From: Amphiscolops sp. MND2022
Taxonomy: Eukaryota
Assembly: GCA_964187785.1 (NCBI GenBank)
Contig: OZ076410.1
Span: forward strand, 14,880,001-14,944,000
DNA: 64,000 nucleotides
Reading direction: 5' to 3'
Position 1 is the stretch's first letter, and each line of letters starts with the position of its first letter. The position numbers and the translations under genes are program-made. The notes beneath the pieces were generated by a model, which had not been told where the DNA came from, ran no database searches, and saw nothing but the letters and a program-made list of their open reading frames with translations. Below are positions 58,671 to 64,000 of the stretch, piece after piece.

Positions 58671-59326
58671 CAGTACTGTCATTAAGAAATCATCCACCGG
58701 GCGATTTTAGGGTCGATTTTCTCGAAATCGGGTGAAAATTTTTAAAAACATCAAAAATTAAAGGTACTTAGAATTTCATCATCTAGTTTACTTTAGTATT
58801 TTTTGAAAATTTTCTACCGCAAAAGTTACAACTAGCTGATTTTGAGCATATTCGGGACTTTTTTCAGTTTTTCCAATTTTTGACCGTTTTATCCAGTTTT
58901 TTTGGCAAGTTTTATGCTCAATTAACTCGCACAAATCTACCGAATCTATGGATAATTTTCGATGTTTCTAAGAAATCAAGCGTCAAAAAGAATCAAATTC
59001 ATTAAGAATCAAGTTCCGAAATAGCAGGCTCGAAAGGTGAAGTTTCGTCGATTGGCATGTATTAAGATAGGAAATAGAGATTTCGTGGTGAAAAAAATTC
59101 GAATATATATCATTGATATCTATACGATCTGCAGAATCCGATAAATTCAAAATTTTTAGGAAGTTTCAAAAACCTGCTAGAAACTGGGAAAAATGAAGTG
59201 TTCTTTTTGCGCCTGAGATTTCACTTGATGCGCCAATCAAATTTGAAAGTGAGAGTGAATCAGCCATTTTAGTTGGTTGATAACGACGCTTAGCGCATAG
59301 GGGACGATTCCTTAATCACAGTACTG
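58671..59326. mobile_element. Tc1/mariner-pogo type MITE (656 bp)
   Basis: TIR CAGTACTGT(C/G)ATTAAG(A/G)AA; TA TSD. Confidence 0.8.
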
Positions 59327-61414
59327 TATTTCAGTGTCAATTGGAATATTATTGTAACGCAACCAAGACCACTTTTTCCCATATTTTTAGTCGGCGCTTT
59401 TGAAGAAAAGTGCCCGGTTCCTACATTGGGTAGTTTTTTATACGCGTTTGGTCCACTTTTTTGTTCAACTTGCACTACGGATGTCCAAAACATACTGGAA
59501 ACGTCAGAACTTCGTCCAAAACAAAACTGACGTCCAGAACCTCGAAAACATACTAAAGATTTCCACTTTGGCTATCGTGGTGTTTTTAAGTTAGATTTTT
59601 GTCGGCACTAAGAGAATTTTTCGAAATTTTTTTATTGCACCAAAGTGTCCCCCTTCAATTTTTTGGTATTTTGCAACAGAATGCCTGTTAAAAAATCACA
59701 AAGGGTCCCCCTTTTGCATTTTTCGGCACTATGAGACTGTTCAAACTTCTCATTTTTTGTCTGATATTAGGTTTTCTTGACAAATATCCACCGAAATTTT
59801 TTTCAAAATTATCAACTTTGGATGTGGGGGGTTCGAAAATATTGCGGTATATCCGAATTTTTGACGTTATATCCGATATATATTGCGCTTTTATTATTAC
59901 TGCGATAGCAGAAATATAATTGAAACCTCAAGATGTCAACTTTTATTCAGTAAAATTTTTGGCATGATACTGAATAATTCAGATACTTTGTTCGGCAGTG
60001 ACTATAAGCGTGTGAATTAAATTTCTCAAGCTGCCGATGACAATTCAATTCTCGTGCGATGGAACGTGCGAGTGGTAATTATGCATTCGTACACTGACGT
60101 CATTGAGATGAAGCGAGCGAATGTTCGTAATTATGCTTTCGTACGCCGAGTTAGAGATGAATTATTATTCGTTCGCCGAGAGTTTTGCCTGCATTCAAAT
60201 GCGAATGCGATATTTTGTATACGCTGAGTAGTTATATTTGCTTTAGTCCGAGATTTGAAGGCGGTATAAACTGGTACAGTGAATAATTTTGCGCTAAATA
60301 ATGATTAAACAGGAGCGTATTGGTATTCCAGATATGATTCTTTTTTAATGAAAGATTGAAGCAGAAATAATAGTGTGCCCCAGAGGGGCCTATTTTACTA
60401 AGGAGGAGGCAGGTTCGAAACAAGCATTCCCATTGTTCCAGCACGCTATATCCGAACTTTGGACGTTATATCCGAAGTAATTGTGTTTTGATGAGGAGGA
60501 GCCGTAGGATCGGAAAAAAAGCTCGTATTTGTCTCAGCACGCTATATGCGAAGCTAAAGGCACCCTTTGGGATTTTCGAAACTTTTTGTAAGTTTTTCTT
60601 GAAAAACGTCCTGAGCATATTTTGAAAAGTTTGCGCTTTTTGAGCCTTAGATATAACGCCGACTTTAGACGTCCCCGTCTTGTTAGCAATTAGTTGCAAT
60701 TAATTTTTGATACCCCTGCCGTTGGAATTAGGGAAGTGTCAAGTGCCAACTGAGAAGAAAACGCTTTGCTTTATCATGTATAGTAAATAGTATGGTGCAG
60801 CTGATGGTTTAAGCAACTCATTGGAACCAAGTGCTGAAAACTAGTCAAAATTTTACTGGTCGGTTCCTAATTGGGTGTAAACTTGTGGAATAATTTCGTA
60901 TCGTAACTTGTGGAGATTACGTATCGTCTGTTAGGAACCCATTTTGTAGATTAATTTTCTGTATTTGATGCGAGAAATTTTCCGTTTTCTGTCTTATATA
61001 GTTTTTCTGGGTTATATAAGTGCTTGAAAAGTCCCACTTTCATAGTTTTCAATGCAATACTTTATGATACTTTGGTTCGAAATACAGTACGATCACAAAG
61101 TTAGTACTTTATGAAAAGCACACAGGGGCGAAAAACTCAAGAATGATTTGTTGATAATATCCCTATTGTTGTGAATTCAACATGTTTTCATTAGGTTCAT
61201 TTCATTATCAATGGAACCAAAAAGCGAGATAGAATACGCATTAAGGTGAATAGTGTTCAATTTTTATGTCCACAAATACAGACCATTACTGAGTTTTCAT
61301 TGAATGCCTTGCATGCTCCATCAAAAGCAACGATGGCTAGCGTGACTTTTTCGGAGGTAAGCGCCGACTTTGGCCATTCTGGGCTTGTTTGTTCTTGAAA
61401 TTATCACTACTGTT

Positions 61415-62507
61415 TTTATTAGACGGCGCTTTTCTACTGAAAATAGCCCGACTATTACAGTGGCTAGTTTTTAGTCGGCGCATTTTCCTTTAAGGAAAAA
61501 AGCCCGACTATTACAGTGGCTAGTTTTTTTTTTCTTTTTTTTTTCGTCAGACCACAGAGCTCATCGCGTATGTACCACTTTTTACAGAAACTGATAAGTT
61601 CACTCAGGCCAAGTTCCACCAATGCAAACTTACTGCAAAGGGTCCCCCCTTTCGTTTTTTACCTTTTTTACGTAACCTACAAAACCGGAAGACTCCAAAG
61701 GGTCCCCCCTTTCAATTTTTTTTCGGCACTGCGAATTTTTTTTCGAAAATTTTTAATTTTTCAAAAGAGTCCCCCCTTCGGATTTTTTGATATTTTGCAA
61801 CAGAAAGTATGTTAATGAATCCCAAAGGGTCCCCCCTTTTCATTTTTCGGCACTATGCGACGTTTTCGAAGTTTTTTCAAAAAAAAAATTTCAAAAGTTT
61901 CAAAAATTTTTTTGTTTCCAGTCGAGAAAAGTGATTTTCCAGTCATATCGAGCATGAAAGGCACACTTTGGGTGTCTCGAAAGTGTTTTCAAAGCTTTTC
62001 ATGAATACATCCTGGGCATATTTAGAAAACTGAGCTTTTTGAGCCTTAGATATAGCGCCGACTTTAGACGTTCCCGTCTTCTTCTTTTTTTTTCGTCAGA
62101 ATACAATCTCACTCTGATTGGGCCACTTTTCTTACAATCGAAACTACTACCATAAGGCCAAGTCCGGTCAGCGGAAATTAGTGCAAAATGGTCCCCCCTT
62201 TCATTTTTTAATTTTTTTACGTAACCTATAAAACCGGACGAGACTAATGGGTCCCACTTTCGATTTTTTTGGGCATTTTTCGAAAAATTTTTAATGTCTC
62301 AAAAGAGTCCCCCTTTCGAGTTTTTTGATATTTTGCAACAGAATATATGTTAATAAAGCCCAAAGGGTCCCCCCTTTTACATTTTCGGCACTATGCGACA
62401 TTTTCTGAAAGAAAAAATTCAAAAATTTCAAGTTTTTTTTCAAAAAAAGTCTTTTGCGCTTTTTGCGCCTTAGATATAGCGCCGACTTTAGACGTTCCCG
62501 TCTTGTT
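61415..62507 (+). mobile_element. HINE family 1 tandem pair with duplicated 5' module
   Basis: Two 5' modules at 61415-61525; 3' ends at ~62056-62082 and 62477-62507. Confidence 0.65.
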
Positions 62508-63389
62508 TTTTTAGCAATAGGTGGGCTGAATTAGACTGACTGAATTTTTTACTGTCGTGTGTAGTTCTTTTAGAAGAAGCAACACAATGCAGATCTCAGA
62601 ATCGGATATATCAAAAACGGCAGTGATTTTTGAAAATTGTAGGAGCAAAAGTTTCGTAGAAGTTCATCTAGTTTAGAAATATGTTTGTTTCAAAATGATC
62701 CGATGAAAAATCGAGTTACGATTGGGCACTTTTAGCTAAATTTACTTCAAAATTGAAGTTAGTCTAACTTTTGATCATACTGATACAACTTACAATATTT
62801 CCGAGAAAAAAATGTCAGTTTTAAAAAAAATGGAGAAGTTTCATGCCAAAATATTTTGTTTGGTTTGCGTTTTCGATACAGTTATTCTACAGCTTTTTGA
62901 ATATAATGTATGGAAATCGTCCTGGTTGAATATTCGATTGCAACAAGCCGTTAACCGCGTGATTCAACGACCCGATTAAGGCTCAAATCTCACTTTGCCG
63001 GAAATATTCGAAGGAAGCATCCTTTGGGCTTAAAAGGCTTATCAAACTGAAAACCATTTTAAAAAACCAAGCGAATTCTTTTTTGGATCAAAAAATATTT
63101 CGAAAAGCTGGCAGAAAATTGTAACACACACAGCCTAAGTTTTCTGACCGGGTTAATTTTACAAATTGATCTTTCATATACAACAGTGAAAGAAATAAAC
63201 TGAATCCTTATTTGTGAAAAATGAATTGGGCTAATGTGGGGCCTTGAGAAAATTGCTTTCTAGGCGGGGTAAACAGTAGGCAAACAAATAAAGCTGTCAT
63301 CTATTATGAATTGCCTAGCTATCAGTACCAAGCTACTTTGATTTCCGAAAGATGCCTCGACTGTGCTCTGAAAAGAAAAATGAAATTGC

Positions 63390-64000
63390 CAAACTTTGGC
63401 AAGAAAAATTATCAATTATAAGATAATGAAAATTACAGGAGTTGCAAAATCAACAATTTGTTTTTCAAGAATTTTACACAAATTGAGACACTGGAAAATT
63501 GACCAGCAGACCTCCAAAATTGAGCTACAGAGAAGAAAAAAGTCTCATTTTTATTCTATCAAGATGTCATCGAAAGGCTTTAAGTAGGGAACTTTTAGAG
63601 CTTCTAGATCCATATGAAAAGGTTTCTACTGGCCTAGACAAAAATTTTTGAAAGCTAACATGCGGGCAAGGACTGCTGTAAAAAATCCACTCCTGACCAA
63701 ACTAAATCGGAGAAAACGACTGGACTAGTGTTTAAAAAATTGGACGTCCCACAAAAAATACTGGGAAAACAGGGTTTTTTCCAATAAAAGCACTTACGAG
63801 TTATATCCAAGAAGAAGGGAATATGTTCGCAGGCTGTTGAATATCTGTTTTAATGACAAATACATCTCAAAAAAGTATGAAGTTTGAAGAAAAAAGATTT
63901 TGATGTGGGGCTTTGTGGAATCCGATGGTACTAGAGGCTTGCAAAAAATTTGTGGTATCTTGAATACAAAGAATCTTTGGTTCCCTCAGATGTTTTTGGG
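63390..64000 (+). pseudogene. Tc1 transposase relic (runs off the window)
   Basis: RPPKLSYREEK; RTAVKNPLLTKLNRRKRL; VFSNKS; YVRR; ILMWG. Confidence 0.75.

Overview
AT-rich eukaryotic (animal-like) DNA made almost entirely of nested, rearranged transposable elements; no species is claimed. 1-19.8 kb: a BEL gag fragment, a 2.5-kb tandem pair of a degenerate Copia (GalEa-like) element, and a ~5.4-kb mosaic unit (two full copies plus partials). That unit holds tRNA-Gly-derived heads, an env-only LTR element with a class I fusion-protein remnant, and a Mag-like integrase tail. 19.8-37 kb: a CsRN1/Kabuki-like Gypsy on the minus strand. Its integrase ends in an ING-type PHD finger, and its 1.5-kb 3' LTR contains an intact 309-aa ORF with a pipsqueak-like HTH motif. 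A young BEL/Pao element (884-bp LTRs, ATCAG TSD, one 1180-aa ORF with collapsed pol motifs) sits inside it, and a near-intact Copia with TA..AA termini follows. 37-64 kb: two Helentron-type non-autonomous families, hAT and Tc1/pogo MITEs, CR1/L2 fragments, a Tc1 relic, and one probable two-exon host gene (MGC N-terminus, ~394 aa). The best candidate for a novel system is the Gypsy combining a putative H3K4me3-reader integrase with an LTR-encoded putative DNA-binding protein upstream of 32-bp repeats and the TATA box. All assignments come from reading motifs by eye; no database searches were run.
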